DNA of 18,170 nucleotides. It comes from a virus. Lineage: Duplodnaviria; Heunggongvirae; Uroviricota; Caudoviricetes. Below, in pieces: positions 1 through 9,783 of the stretch (the first letter of the stretch is position 1; every line of letters begins with the position of its first letter). The DNA lies in the IMG/VR virus record IMGVR_UViG_2802429219_000014, one strand, 5' to 3'. The notes beneath the pieces were generated by a model that ran no database searches, was not told the origin of the DNA, and saw only the letters and a program-made list of their open reading frames with translations. The translations under genes and the position numbers were made by a program.

Positions 1-1236
1 CTACGATAACCGCGCATTCAACATGGCTACCTGTTCGTCGTTCATGTCATCAATCCACATACCGTAAATTTCATACACCATCTGCGCAGTTTCATGCCCC
101 ATCTGGCTGGCTATAAACGCCGGGTTCGCTCCTGCCGTCAACAGCCAGCAGGCAAAAGTATGCCGCGTATGGTACGGATTACGGCGGCGAATACCAGCAC
201 GTTTTACTGCTGCATTCCATCTCGCACCCAAACTGCTTACCGAGTAATAAGGTTTCTGTTTTCCGTTACACACTCTGGGCATGAAAACAAAATGCAGTTT
301 TTGCTTTTCGGTTCTGCCGTACTCCCGATGATAAAAAGTGATTTCGCTTTTGCGATGATGCCCGGTCAGTTTGTATTGCTCCTTCAGTGCTTCAAGAGCA
401 GGCTGCAGTAGTGTTACTGTCCGGATCCCGGCATTTGTTTTTGGGGGACCGAACATATCAAGTATCGTCAGGTTTCTTCTGACATTCACTATTCCCTTTT
501 CGAGATCCACATCCTCCCACGCCAGAGCTGCCAGTTCCCCGTGACGAAGTCCTGAGTAAACGGCAAATTTCCACAAGTTCTGGCTCTGTCCTTTTTCACT
601 TTCCATTAATGCATTGAATTCTGTTTTAGATAACGGATCAGGCTTTATTCTGTTTCGCTGTAATTTTTTTACTCCTTCAAATGGTTTGGTTGATATAAAT
701 CCCGACTGATACGCAAAACGCAACAGCGAACAGAGCAGGGCGATATAGTTATCAACTGTGCGCACGGTTCTTCCTTTTTTGTTGGATCTTGGATTATCCA
801 GGTAAAGCGTTTCTCCATGCAGCAGTTCATTCCGGTAGTTTAAGATATCGCTATAACGAATATGTGATATCGGGGTACTTTCACAAATTATTATTCTGAG
901 TGTTTTTAATTGTGATTTCGTTTTCTTCATTGTGTTTGTTGTTAACTCTGTCTCTTTAATTTTTGTCCAGATATCACAAAGCTCTCCGAACGTTTTTATG
1001 ACTCTCGTTGTCACCATTTTTGCCCCAGTGCTGGACTGGGGAAAACGTCTTAAATACTCAAATTCACCGGAGTTTATTTCATGAACTATCAGCGCTCTTA
1101 AATTTCCGGCCTTTTTAATATTACTGTTTGTAATCTCCCAGCCTTTTAATGTTTCCCGACATCGTTTTCCTCGAAACATGAACCAGATGCGAATGTATCT
1201 ACCTCTAATCTCGACACCTGTTGGTAATTTAGACAT
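1..1236 (-). CDS. intR: Tyrosine recombinase, Rac prophage integrase (411 aa); stop codon is at the first bases of the window
   Basis: Complete 411-aa ORF; size, sequence recollection and position at the head of the int-xis-ralR-recT-recE block match Rac IntR. No search run. Confidence 0.9.
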   Translation of the reverse strand: MSKLPTGVEIRGRYIRIWFMFRGKRCRETLKGWEITNSNIKKAGNLRALIVHEINSGEFEYLRRFPQSSTGAKMVTTRVIKTFGELCDIWTKIKETELTTNTMKKTKSQLKTLRIIICESTPISHIRYSDILNYRNELLHGETLYLDNPRSNKKGRTVRTVDNYIALLCSLLRFAYQSGFISTKPFEGVKKLQRNRIKPDPLSKTEFNALMESEKGQSQNLWKFAVYSGLRHGELAALAWEDVDLEKGIVNVRRNLTILDMFGPPKTNAGIRTVTLLQPALEALKEQYKLTGHHRKSEITFYHREYGRTEKQKLHFVFMPRVCNGKQKPYYSVSSLGARWNAAVKRAGIRRRNPYHTRHTFACWLLTAGANPAFIASQMGHETAQMVYEIYGMWIDDMNDEQVAMLNARLS

Positions 1237-1237
1237 A

Positions 1238-1453
1238 TCATGAGTCTTTGATAAACTGATTTATCTTTGGATAGTTGTACCAGATAATCCCTCGTTTGCT
1301 GTCTGGCTTACCTAAAGGAGATACTCGTTTGAAGTGGAAGCCCTCCACCCAACAGTTCTGGCGGTATGCTTCAATTTGTCTGGCCCCCAGACCAGTGCGA
1401 AGCATCAGGCCGTATTCAACCATCCACTCTTCATTAAAGATTACTTGTGCCAT
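1238..1453 (-). CDS. xisR: Excisionase-like protein (71 aa); an in-frame upstream ATG at 1477 would give 79 aa
   Basis: Small ORF directly upstream of int, stop 1 nt from the int start; sequence recalled as Rac YdaQ/XisR. Start chosen to give the 71-aa form. Confidence 0.75.
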   Translation of the reverse strand: MAQVIFNEEWMVEYGLMLRTGLGARQIEAYRQNCWVEGFHFKRVSPLGKPDSKRGIIWYNYPKINQFIKDS

Positions 1454-1531
1454 CGCATCACCTCTGGCAGGCGCCAATGTTAGACTGAAATTGACGCCCG
1501 ATGTTGATTATTAATAATCAGCTATGAAGTT

Positions 1532-1741
1532 TTAATTTGAATACAATGCAATTCTCGAGGACTGAAGTTTCTCGCAATTAAAATTTATCAGTTTTACTTT
1601 CTGCTCTCTGGAAACGCCTGCTTCTTTTTTACCTGAGAGCATTTTTTTGCATTCTGATTTCGTTAGTTTAGATTTTGAATATCTTGTCCAGTTAGTAGGA
1701 GTGCCACATTCCTTTTCAATAGTGGCGGTAATTTTATACAT
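1532..1741 (-). CDS. ydaC: Rac prophage small protein YdaC-like (69 aa)
   Basis: ATG at 1741 preceded by a strong SD (GGAGGTG on the coding strand); overlaps the ralR 3' end by 8 nt; position matches K-12 Rac ydaC. Confidence 0.65.
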   Translation of the reverse strand: MYKITATIEKECGTPTNWTRYSKSKLTKSECKKMLSGKKEAGVSREQKVKLINFNCEKLQSSRIALYSN

Positions 1742-1928
1742 GAACACCTCCATTATTATTTCCAGTGGTTCGTTTATTCCATCTTTCGAGTGCTTCTTTT
1801 TCACTTCCACCATAACCGGTTCGGGATTCGCATCCGTTACACTTCGCTCGGTAATATCCTGAAATGGCTTTCACCGTTACTGATGGACAACCACAAAATG
1901 GACATGGTTTAACATTGTCATATCTCAT
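1734..1928 (-). CDS. ralR: Restriction alleviation / type I toxin RalR (Lar-like, 64 aa, Cys-rich)
   Basis: 64-aa product MRYDNVKPCPFCGC...NNNGGVHV with CxxC...CxxC motifs, recalled as RalR; located just upstream of recT as in Rac. Confidence 0.8.
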   Translation of the reverse strand: MRYDNVKPCPFCGCPSVTVKAISGYYRAKCNGCESRTGYGGSEKEALERWNKRTTGNNNGGVHV

Positions 1929-1984
1929 AATTTTTCTCATAAAAAATATTTCAAGTTGGCGGTGCATTACACCGCCAGGCTGAA

Positions 1985-2794
1985 TTATTCCTCTGAATTA
2001 TCGATTACACTGTATTCCCCGGTTAATACAGAGGAATCTGCAGGATCGATTGTCAGTGGTTCCTTTTCATCCATTGATACTGCACGCTGGATCTCAATTG
2101 ATACGGGCAGATATTTGAACAGGCGACGAATAGCCGTTTTCTTTGCCATTTCTTCCCAGTGAGTTACCCACGGCCCGTTATTACCAGCTTTACTCAGGCT
2201 GCGCACCAGCTCAATCTGTTTGCGCGTCATAACTTCAAACTGAGTACCTCCGTCTTTCAGTCTTGCGACAGCATAGACGTGGGTAACCGGGGCATCTTCG
2301 TTTTCTCCCGGGCGGTGTATTAACTTTTCATCAAGGCCAAATTCGAAGCTAAACTCGTCACCTTCACGGACAACACGGGCTGACAGGCTGGCGATTTGAC
2401 CAGAACGGCGAGCCAGATCAATCATGCCGCGATAGCCAATGATTAGCTGAACGTTCTTTTTACCGCTCTTTTCGTTTTTATTACCAAAAGGCAGTAAATA
2501 TGCATGACCGAGGGCGCTACCTGGCTCAAGTCCGAGCTGTGAACACTGTACGATCGCACTGACAAAACTCATAGTGTCACAGTTTCCTAACGCCGGAACT
2601 TTACGAATTTCTGTGGTGGCGATACGGATCATACGTTCAGCCGTCATATGGCGTGGAAGAGCTGCTGCCAGTTGCTCTTTCATTGATGGCTGGTTAATAA
2701 AACTAATCACGTCGCTATTTTTAACTGCTGCTGGTGCACGGTTTCCCTGAGTTTTTTGCAGATCGGCTTTTGCGATTGGTGGTTGCTTAGTCAT
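1985..2794 (-). CDS. recT: RecT single-strand annealing recombinase (269 aa)
   Basis: 269-aa ORF from the internal ATG (MTKQPPIAK...); size and sequence match RecT; start is 8 nt inside the recE 3' end. Confidence 0.9.
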   Translation of the reverse strand: MTKQPPIAKADLQKTQGNRAPAAVKNSDVISFINQPSMKEQLAAALPRHMTAERMIRIATTEIRKVPALGNCDTMSFVSAIVQCSQLGLEPGSALGHAYLLPFGNKNEKSGKKNVQLIIGYRGMIDLARRSGQIASLSARVVREGDEFSFEFGLDEKLIHRPGENEDAPVTHVYAVARLKDGGTQFEVMTRKQIELVRSLSKAGNNGPWVTHWEEMAKKTAIRRLFKYLPVSIEIQRAVSMDEKEPLTIDPADSSVLTGEYSVIDNSEE

Positions 2795-5387
2795 TTGCAT
2801 ATTCCTTAGCCCAGCGGGGCAGTGATAATGTCTTAATAGCTGGCCATTCATCGGTATTCAGGCAGTCAGACAGGGTTCGCAGATTGCGGTGATATTCCTG
2901 TTGACCTGCCAGTTTTGCTTCTTCGCCCATCATGAAAATTTCAACCGGATAACGTCCGCATTCAATAGTTGTGCTGGCAACCAGAAAAACGAAAGTTGGC
3001 TGCACTCCAAACTGTGCTTCATAACCGTCACTGTAGAATGCATCCTGAACGTGATAGCGGTAGTCGTAATAAGCGGTTTTGAATCGTTGAATATCCGCCG
3101 TAGTTTTCACGTCCATGATCCAGTGAAATTCAGGGATAATTTTGTCCGGACGGCACCGACACAAAATTCCTGTTTCAGGATCTTCCCAGTAAATTGATGA
3201 TTCAGCGTGTCCGGCGCTTTCAACAAGCCATTGCCCCAGCGGCAAAGCCATAACGCTTTGATACATGAGTTCAATTTTCCGGCCTTCTTCCGCAGTGATA
3301 ACCGTTTTTCCTGTGCTTGCGCATTCCATCAGAAACGCTTTCTCTTCTTCTTTTCCGGCGTTTGTACGGCGGTTAAATTCAGGTGCTACGATAAAGCGGT
3401 TACTGAATTCTTCCGGTTCAAGTACCCGGCAGTGGAAAGCGGTTCCTAAATCGAGCGTTTTTGTCTTTGTGGTGTCCACGGGGGCATTTTTACGCCACAA
3501 ATATAGTGCCGGAGTATCAGCAATGTCATCGAGCTGAGACTTACTGACACCGGGACCCGCGTGGTAATTCTCATTCGAAATTCCGTAATAAATACCTGGC
3601 TCTATGTCTTCTACGATTACGGGATCTGCGACTTCGCCAGTTTCATCACTGCAATCGCGATGCGGATCGCTGCCAGCATTCTCATTGTGCGGATGTTCAG
3701 CGCCTTCCATTTCCTCCGGATCATTTTCCTTAGCTTCAACCTGACTCTCTTCATCGAATGTTTCCTGGTATGTTGCGTCGCCCATCACCGCACCACAGTC
3801 AGGGCAGTTATCCCCGCCAGTCTGGCCGCAGGCATTGCAGGCTATTTCCGGTTCCTGTTGCACTACTGGCTCAGGTTGATTCATATCCGGGCTGGTTTTT
3901 TCCGTTTCTGGCTGGTTCTGGTACACAGAGTCGCGAGTCTGGATCCCCTTTACCCATTTCGGATCGTTCGGGTCGCTAATTCCGTCAACAAATTCACCAC
4001 GTGATGCAGCAAGCAATTTATCGGCATCGACAGGATCTTTTGATGGAATGTTTTTCCGGGCTTCATGGAGTTCTGCCCGCAGTTCCTGATATTTCGCATC
4101 AACAGAATTTACCTGTGACTGAGCATCCAGCGGCTGCGTGTCCTGATGATGTTCAGTTGCGTCCGGTTCCATTGTTTCAGCCTCTCCCTGTTCAACTGCC
4201 GTTGTTCCAGATGGTTGCGGTTTTTCTTCATCATCCTGTTTTCCTTCTTCTGTTACTCGCTGCGGCATCGGGGCAGAGGAGCGACCGCAGGCAATATCCA
4301 CGATTTCCGGATCAGGGTTGGCATGATCGGTTTCAGTCAGTACTTTGTTCAGATATTCAGTGACGTGCGCGGGGATGACCTCGATCCCAATTGGTGCTTC
4401 TTTTACGGACGCAACCACGATGGCGCGGGAATAATCCAGCCCGCCAGGCATGGTGATGAATTTGTCGCGGAAAACAGAAAAGGGCGGTTTATTTTCAGCG
4501 ATAATTTCCTCAATGCGTTTAGCGTGTGCCGGATGAAGGTTATAGATGTCCAGATCCATTGAACGGGCCAGTACGCCAGTGGCTACGTCGCGCGCCAGTG
4601 ACGTCAGATCGTGTACGAAACCTTCGCCGCGATCGGTGAGGTTTCCGCCGCCAGCATTAGCACCGGAAGCCGTGCGAGTGATGTGTGAAACACGATTACC
4701 CTTCATCCACTCTTTTGTCAGCAGTCCTCGATCGGTGTAGTCAGCGTTCAGGTATGCTTCGAAAAAAGCAGTTATCAGTCCCAGGTTTGAATTACCAGGA
4801 TTAGGGAAAACTTTGTCAGTGTCACGAACCAGTTTGTGGAGTTCGCGAATTTCCAGCGGGTCGAGCAGGCTGGTTTTGTGGGAAACAGCCAGGGCAGTAA
4901 CAGCCGGTAGTTCTTCAGCCCGAGCAATGTGTAATGCCTGGAGTCCGTCGCGTGAAACGTGCGTTACCGGTTTTTCGCTGCCGTGTTGAGCAAGCCAACG
5001 AATGGGCAGTTCCTGGCCAGAAATTGGGAGTAGCATATTCTCCTCAATCTCAGTCATGTCTTCGCCGTTGACGTTGGTATTGCCTTGATAGTGAGCGTTG
5101 TCTGGTGCTGCTCCCGGTTTTAGTTCCCATGTCATGGAGTCTTTGCTGAGTTGATAGCGTTCACTCCAGGTAAAATCGATCTCACCTTCAGCGGGCAGGT
5201 CATTAACGACAGGAAAATTCGTGGCAACAGCTTTAAAATAGCTGCTCAGTTTTTTACCTGACTTAACGATCAGGTAGTCCAGAGTGGCACAGGTCGATTC
5301 AAAATCGTTGCTTGCCCACAGGACGACGTCAGGTTCACCGGATGATTTTTTCGCTTTCCGTAACAGGAAGAGTGGTTTTGTGCTCAT
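2787..5387 (-). CDS. recE: RecE exonuclease VIII (866 aa)
   Basis: 866-aa ORF with acidic/Pro-rich central linker region and C-terminal nuclease domain; size and order match Rac recE. Confidence 0.9.
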   Translation of the reverse strand: MSTKPLFLLRKAKKSSGEPDVVLWASNDFESTCATLDYLIVKSGKKLSSYFKAVATNFPVVNDLPAEGEIDFTWSERYQLSKDSMTWELKPGAAPDNAHYQGNTNVNGEDMTEIEENMLLPISGQELPIRWLAQHGSEKPVTHVSRDGLQALHIARAEELPAVTALAVSHKTSLLDPLEIRELHKLVRDTDKVFPNPGNSNLGLITAFFEAYLNADYTDRGLLTKEWMKGNRVSHITRTASGANAGGGNLTDRGEGFVHDLTSLARDVATGVLARSMDLDIYNLHPAHAKRIEEIIAENKPPFSVFRDKFITMPGGLDYSRAIVVASVKEAPIGIEVIPAHVTEYLNKVLTETDHANPDPEIVDIACGRSSAPMPQRVTEEGKQDDEEKPQPSGTTAVEQGEAETMEPDATEHHQDTQPLDAQSQVNSVDAKYQELRAELHEARKNIPSKDPVDADKLLAASRGEFVDGISDPNDPKWVKGIQTRDSVYQNQPETEKTSPDMNQPEPVVQQEPEIACNACGQTGGDNCPDCGAVMGDATYQETFDEESQVEAKENDPEEMEGAEHPHNENAGSDPHRDCSDETGEVADPVIVEDIEPGIYYGISNENYHAGPGVSKSQLDDIADTPALYLWRKNAPVDTTKTKTLDLGTAFHCRVLEPEEFSNRFIVAPEFNRRTNAGKEEEKAFLMECASTGKTVITAEEGRKIELMYQSVMALPLGQWLVESAGHAESSIYWEDPETGILCRCRPDKIIPEFHWIMDVKTTADIQRFKTAYYDYRYHVQDAFYSDGYEAQFGVQPTFVFLVASTTIECGRYPVEIFMMGEEAKLAGQQEYHRNLRTLSDCLNTDEWPAIKTLSLPRWAKEYAND

Positions 5388-5475
5388 TGTTTTTTAACCT
5401 CAACTCAGATTAAAATTCGTTTTGTTTGCCGGATACACACTGTTCATAGCCTGCGCCATACGCAGGCTATTTCTT

Positions 5476-5751
5476 TCAGATTTCACCTTTTAATTTCATT
5501 GCAATTAGAGTTGCCAGAAATTCGGCTTTTTTTTCTGCGGGCAGATTCTTTCCGATATGCACCAGGCACATTTTTTTGACACCTTCATCAAGTGTTTTTA
5601 CGTTGCCTGATGGACCATCGATATCAACCACAGTGAATGGGGTTTCTTTATTTTCTGTTTTAATTACGTAGCCAATGCGCTTTCCTTCCAGATTCACCTC
5701 GTGAACAATGTCATCGGTAGTTACAACAGTGGCTTCATAATTGGTAATCAT
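5476..5751 (-). CDS. racC: Rac prophage protein RacC-like (91 aa)
   Basis: ATG at 5751 preceded by SD GGAGAAAAAC; MITNYEATVVTTDD... recalled as RacC; position after recE. Confidence 0.75.
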   Translation of the reverse strand: MITNYEATVVTTDDIVHEVNLEGKRIGYVIKTENKETPFTVVDIDGPSGNVKTLDEGVKKMCLVHIGKNLPAEKKAEFLATLIAMKLKGEI

Positions 5752-5825
5752 GTTTTTCTCCTTAATTAAGGTTGAGCGAATACCTGCCATTTCTGGCATA
5801 AATTCAGTTTCGAATAGTCAATTAA

Positions 5826-5996
5826 TTAAAGTTCATGTGCCATCTGGTCTTTTTCGGCACAAGCTTCACTGCAATATTTTCTCGGTTCGTCTTTTGATAA
5901 AATCCCGTGCATGAAGTGAAGCATTCTTTCAATAGCTTTGCTTTCTTCAACGTCTTTTTTGCAAAGGTGGTAAGCACATTTTATTTTCTTAGTCAT
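5826..5996 (-). CDS. ydaE: Small Cys-rich protein YdaE-like (56 aa); below the 60-aa cutoff of the ORF track
   Basis: Hand translation of the reverse strand gives [56 protein letters not shown]; its ATG overlaps the kilR stop (ATGA). Confidence 0.7.
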   Translation of the reverse strand: MTKKIKCAYHLCKKDVEESKAIERMLHFMHGILSKDEPRKYCSEACAEKDQMAHEL

Positions 5997-6217
5997 CACC
6001 ATGACTCCGCCTTTACAGGTAAACCATCACGACCGAGGAAGACTTTAATCATGCGGTCAGTAATGCATGTTTTTGTGGTCAGGTTACGAATATATAGTTT
6101 TCGCTTTTTAATATTGTTTGCCGAGGCAATATATGTCCGGCCTTCATGAAGAACATAATCGCCAGGAGTCACACACTGACGTGGTATTTCATCAGTTCCG
6201 AAGTGATGTGCAATCAT
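5996..6217 (-). CDS. kilR: KilR-like cell-division inhibitor (73 aa)
   Basis: 73-aa form from the ATG at 6217 ([14 protein letters not shown]...); recalled as Rac KilR; translationally coupled to ydaE. Confidence 0.8.
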   Translation of the reverse strand: MIAHHFGTDEIPRQCVTPGDYVLHEGRTYIASANNIKKRKLYIRNLTTKTCITDRMIKVFLGRDGLPVKAESW

Positions 6218-6658
6218 AATTATCTCCATTTTTACAAATGAACTTTGTTGATGCGGTGCCTGGTGCCTCCAGGTGACTGCAACCAGTTAACAATTACAGT
6301 CGGCTTTCCCACCCAAACCAATAAGGACTAACATGACTTTTAACTGTGCCACGTGCGCTTAGCCGCATTCATCGCATCACAAAATTCACTTTAAAAAGGG
6401 CGGACATCAGCCGAACTTCAAGAAAAAAACTGATGCCGCCAGGACTACACACAGCAATGTCGTTATTTACAACCGGAGGCGCACTCCCACCATTTAAATT
6501 TAACAGACAAGACCGACTCTTTATGGATATCGGAAATGCGCCTTCGTGTTGTGCCCGGTTTTATTTCACCACCTCCGGGCTTCGGTGGTCTCGGCTATAC
6601 CCCTACAGCGAGAGCTTGTGTTAACATTTCAATACCCTTACAGTTGAGAGTTATTGAT

Positions 6659-7147
6659 ATGTTGGATGTATTTACTCCATTGTTGAAACTTTTTGCTAAC
6701 GAGCCACTCGAAAGACTTATGTATACGATTATCATTTTTGGTCTCACTCTCTGGCTGATACCGAAAGAGTTTACTGTCGCATTCAATGCTTATACTGAAA
6801 TACCTTGGCTCTTTCAGATTATCGTTTTTGCCTTTTCTTTCGTGGTCGCCATTTCCTTCTCAAGATTGCGAGCACATATTCAAAAGCATTATTCATTACT
6901 ACCAGAGCAACGAGTATTGCTTCGTTTATCTGAGAAAGAAATCGCTGTATTTAAAGATTTCCTTAAAACAGGAAATCTTATTATCACTTCTCCTTGCCGT
7001 AACCCGGTTATGAAAAAATTAGAACGGAAGGGCATCATTCAACATCAGAGTGATAGCGCAAACTGCTCTTATTATCTCGTCACCGAAAAATACTCCCATT
7101 TTATGAAGTTATTCTGGAACAGCAGGAGTAGACGTTTTAATCGTTAG
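6659..7147 (+). CDS. sieB: Superinfection exclusion protein SieB-like (162 aa, predicted membrane protein)
   Basis: Internal ATG at 6659 gives 162 aa (MLDVFTPLLKLF...) with two hydrophobic segments; the 41-codon upstream extension of the tracked ORF lacks support. Confidence 0.8.
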   Translation: MLDVFTPLLKLFANEPLERLMYTIIIFGLTLWLIPKEFTVAFNAYTEIPWLFQIIVFAFSFVVAISFSRLRAHIQKHYSLLPEQRVLLRLSEKEIAVFKDFLKTGNLIITSPCRNPVMKKLERKGIIQHQSDSANCSYYLVTEKYSHFMKLFWNSRSRRFNR

Positions 7148-7299
7148 CTTACTGTGTGCTTCTCCAACCATCGGCGCGCACCAGTTTCGGTTTTAAATGT
7201 TTTGCTTTTGGTATACGTCATGGCAGTGAACGTTCCATCCTGGTTGGGGAACACGCCGCACACCAGGGATTCGTTGTTGCCGAGGTCGATTTTTTGCAT
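7144..7299 (-). CDS. ydaF: Rac small protein YdaF-like (51 aa); below the ORF track cutoff
   Basis: Hand translation MQKIDLGNNESLVCGVFPNQDGTFTAMTYTKSKTFKTETGARRWLEKHTVS; convergent with sieB, stop codons overlapping. Confidence 0.6.
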   Translation of the reverse strand: MQKIDLGNNESLVCGVFPNQDGTFTAMTYTKSKTFKTETGARRWLEKHTVS

Positions 7300-7309
7300 T
7301 TTGCGAATC

Positions 7310-7444
7310 TCACATCTTGTTGCTACGTATAGCGACTTCTGCCTGCCAGAGATCCCAGTCGTTGCTGCGTAAAGCCTGCACAGCCTGGTTGTAAGTGATA
7401 CCGCAACAATCCATCAAATACTGAACTACTTCGTAATGCACCAT
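7310..7444 (-). CDS. ydaG: Rac small protein YdaG-like (44 aa)
   Basis: ATG at 7444 gives MVHYEVVQYLMDCCGITYNQAVQALRSNDWDLWQAEVAIRSNKM; first gene of the leftward early operon by position. Confidence 0.65.
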   Translation of the reverse strand: MVHYEVVQYLMDCCGITYNQAVQALRSNDWDLWQAEVAIRSNKM

Positions 7445-7618
7445 CTTATCTCTCCCCTTAACGCCGGGTGGCGGAACTGAAACCTGCTGCACTGCAAAAT
7501 CTGAACCCTGCCGTCATGTTCATACGCCTCGGGCTGGCTACTTAACCCCTGACCACTGCCTGGTAACTCGAAGTATTGCCCTGCGTTCTGTGGGACGGGG
7601 TGGGTTGGTAGGTATATG

Positions 7619-7660
7619 ATGTACTTTGTGTTCATTGATGTAAAGTACTTTAAGTACATT
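7619..7660. promoter_or_regulatory. Candidate left operator/promoter region (OL-like): three GTAC-core motifs (ATGTACT 7619-7625, AAGTACTT 7643-7650, TAAGTACATT 7651-7660)
   Basis: Repeats read directly in the sequence; the same ATGTACT core recurs between racR and ydaS; lies downstream of racR and upstream of leftward ydaG. Confidence 0.4.
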
Positions 7661-7734
7661 TTGTGTGTAAAAAAATGAGATGGGATAAAGTGAAGCACAA
7701 ACCCGGAGGGGGGCGCTACCGGATTTATGCTGGT

Positions 7735-8154
7735 TTAAGAGGCTTTTTGTTTTTTCTTTCGTGCTAACTCTTCGTAAATTGCATTGTACTTCTGTTTTTT
7801 CTCCTCAAGAGTTTTTAAAAGTTCATCTGTCTCACTGTCAGGGAGCTCGTCCAGAAGGTCAATGATGATTTTTTGTCTTGGATTTAACTCCTGATAGAAA
7901 CGTACCTGTCCACTTTCTTCTGTATCCTCTCCCAAAAGATAGGTTGGTGTTGTTCCAATGAGTGTTGCTAATTCCCTTAATTTCTCTCGGCGAGGAATTG
8001 TTTCGCCATTAAACCATTTGCTAACCGCTTTTGGTGTTAATTTCATTCGACGGGCAATTTCTGCCTGCCTTCCATGTTGTTCATAACCAGCGTTTTCACA
8101 GGCTAGCGCAAGCCTACTGGCGAACTCTTTACGCGCTTTATCTTCATGAACCAT
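7735..8154 (-). CDS. racR: Prophage repressor RacR (139 aa as called here, HTH near N-terminus)
   Basis: HTH-like segment and divergent arrangement with the cro-like ydaS; position as in Rac. Confidence 0.85.
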   Translation of the reverse strand: MVHEDKARKEFASRLALACENAGYEQHGRQAEIARRMKLTPKAVSKWFNGETIPRREKLRELATLIGTTPTYLLGEDTEESGQVRFYQELNPRQKIIIDLLDELPDSETDELLKTLEEKKQKYNAIYEELARKKKQKAS

Positions 8155-8233
8155 AAGTTCAATGATATTCGCTCTTGAATGTACTGTCAGTTCTGTTATA
8201 GCATGTACTCAAAGTTCACATTGTGAGGGTGAT
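8155..8233. promoter_or_regulatory. Divergent racR/ydaS control region with two direct ATGTACT repeats (8179-8185, 8203-8209) and a rightward TTGAAT-16-TATAGC promoter-like element (8175-8202)
   Basis: Motifs read in the sequence; 79-bp interval between divergent start codons; operator role inferred by analogy with lambdoid OR. Confidence 0.45.
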
Positions 8234-8488
8234 ATGAACCAGAAAACACTTGAAGATGTAATCAAAACTGTTCGCGTTTCTGTTGTGGCCGACGTTTGTG
8301 GTGTCAGCCAAAGAGCAATCTACAAATGGATGGATAACGGAAAATTGCCTCGCACAGAATATACCGGCGAAACAAATTACGCTGAAAAAATCGCTCATGC
8401 ATCAAACGGATTATTTTCTGCCGATGTAATTTTAACTATTGGCAGAAATAAAACTACTACGAAAAAGCTGATGGGAGTTGATTCATGA
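8234..8488 (+). CDS. ydaS: Cro-like HTH protein YdaS (84 aa from the ATG with an SD; an upstream ATG at 8162 is implausible)
   Basis: SD GAGGGTG before the ATG at 8234; stop overlaps the ydaT start (ATGA); position as in Rac. Confidence 0.75.
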   Translation: MNQKTLEDVIKTVRVSVVADVCGVSQRAIYKWMDNGKLPRTEYTGETNYAEKIAHASNGLFSADVILTIGRNKTTTKKLMGVDS

Positions 8489-8907
8489 AAATCAAGCATG
8501 AGCACATCGAGTCAGTGTTGTTAGCCCTGGCAGCCGAAAAAGGGCAGGCATGGGTAGCCAATGCCATTACTGAAGAATATCTGCGCCAGGGGGGCGGCGA
8601 ATTGCCCCTGGTACCAGGCAAGGACTGGAATAATCAGCAGAACATCTATCACCGTTGGTTAAAAGGTGAAACGGAAGCGCAAAGGGAAAAAATTCAGAAA
8701 CTGATCCCTGCAATTCTGGCAATCCTTCCGCGCGAGCTGCGTCACCGACTCTGCATCTTCGATACCCTGGAACGCCGTGCATTACTGGCGGCGCAGGAAG
8801 CGTTAAGTACGGCAATTGATGCGCATGATGATGCAGTCCAGGCCGTTTACCGGAAAGCGCATTTCAGCGGCGGCGGGTCTTCCGACGATTCTGTCATTGT
8901 TCATTAA
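8485..8907 (+). CDS. ydaT: YdaT (140 aa), toxic partner of YdaS in Rac
   Basis: 140-aa ORF coupled to ydaS; size and position match Rac ydaT. Confidence 0.8.
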   Translation: MKIKHEHIESVLLALAAEKGQAWVANAITEEYLRQGGGELPLVPGKDWNNQQNIYHRWLKGETEAQREKIQKLIPAILAILPRELRHRLCIFDTLERRALLAAQEALSTAIDAHDDAVQAVYRKAHFSGGGSSDDSVIVH

Positions 8908-8919
8908 GCAAAAGTTTCC

Positions 8920-9777
8920 ATGCTGTTTGTGCTTATTCTAAGCCACCGGGCAGCATCATACGGGGCAATTATGGCCGCATTACCATACATGCAACTGTAC
9001 ATAGCTGATTACCTGGCTGACACCATGCATTTGTCAGCAGAGGAGCATGGTGCGTATTTGTTGCTGATGTTCAATTACTGGCAAACAGGAAAGCCAATAC
9101 CTAAAAACAGGCTGGCAAAAATTGCCCGTCTGACTAACGAGCGATGGGCTGATGTTGAACCATCCTTGCGGGAGTTTTTTTGCGATAACGGCGAGGAATG
9201 GGTGCATCTTCGGATTGAGGAAGATCTGGCATCAGTCAGGGAAAAATTAACCAAAAAATCAGCCGCAGGAAAAGCATCGGTTCAGGCCAGAAGAAGCAGA
9301 AAGGAAGCAGATGTTCAAACAAAACAAGAGAGAAATTTAACAGGTGTTCAAACAGATGTTGAAGTGGTGTTTGAACATGATGTCAACACAAAGGCAACTA
9401 ATAAAGATACAGATAAAGATCTAAAAACAGATCCCCCCCTAAATCCCCCCCGGGGGAATCGAGGTGGCAAAAAGTTTGACCCTCTGGATATTGCTTTGCC
9501 GAACTGGATTTCTGTCTCGCTTTGGCGTGAGTGGGTTGAATTTCGCCAGGCATTGCGTAAACCGATTCGAACGGAGCAGGGCGCTAACGGGGCGATACGG
9601 GAGCTGGAAAAATTCCGCCAGCAGGGTTTTTCACCTGAGCAGGTGATTCGACACAGCATCGCCAATGAATACCAGGGCTTGTTCGCGCCAAAAGGTGTTC
9701 GACCTGAGACGTTACTCCGACAGGTTAACACCGTCTCGTTACCGGATAGTGCGATCCCGCCAGGCTTCAGGGGGTAA
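8920..9777 (+). CDS. ydaU: Replication initiation-associated protein YdaU (DUF1376-like, 285 aa); true start may be the internal ATG at 8971
   Basis: 285-aa ORF directly before the DnaC-like gene; family name from memory. Confidence 0.75.
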   Translation: MLFVLILSHRAASYGAIMAALPYMQLYIADYLADTMHLSAEEHGAYLLLMFNYWQTGKPIPKNRLAKIARLTNERWADVEPSLREFFCDNGEEWVHLRIEEDLASVREKLTKKSAAGKASVQARRSRKEADVQTKQERNLTGVQTDVEVVFEHDVNTKATNKDTDKDLKTDPPLNPPRGNRGGKKFDPLDIALPNWISVSLWREWVEFRQALRKPIRTEQGANGAIRELEKFRQQGFSPEQVIRHSIANEYQGLFAPKGVRPETLLRQVNTVSLPDSAIPPGFRG

Positions 9778-9783
9778 CTGACC

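Noticed and set aside
94-411. 105-aa plus-strand ORF
   Set aside because: Lies entirely antisense within the integrase gene; no SD; typical shadow ORF.
2889-4740. Series of plus-strand ORFs (64-147 aa) opposite recE
   Set aside because: All are embedded antisense in the 866-aa recE gene and have odd, low-complexity translations.
6346-6658. 92-aa ORF and the 41-codon N-terminal extension of sieB
   Set aside because: No ribosome binding sites; the internal ATG at 6659 gives the 162-aa SieB; the region is better explained as a divergent control region.
7426-7698. 90-aa minus-strand ORF across the ydaG-racR intergenic region
   Set aside because: Overlaps the ydaG start and the operator-like repeat cluster; no SD; implausible composition.
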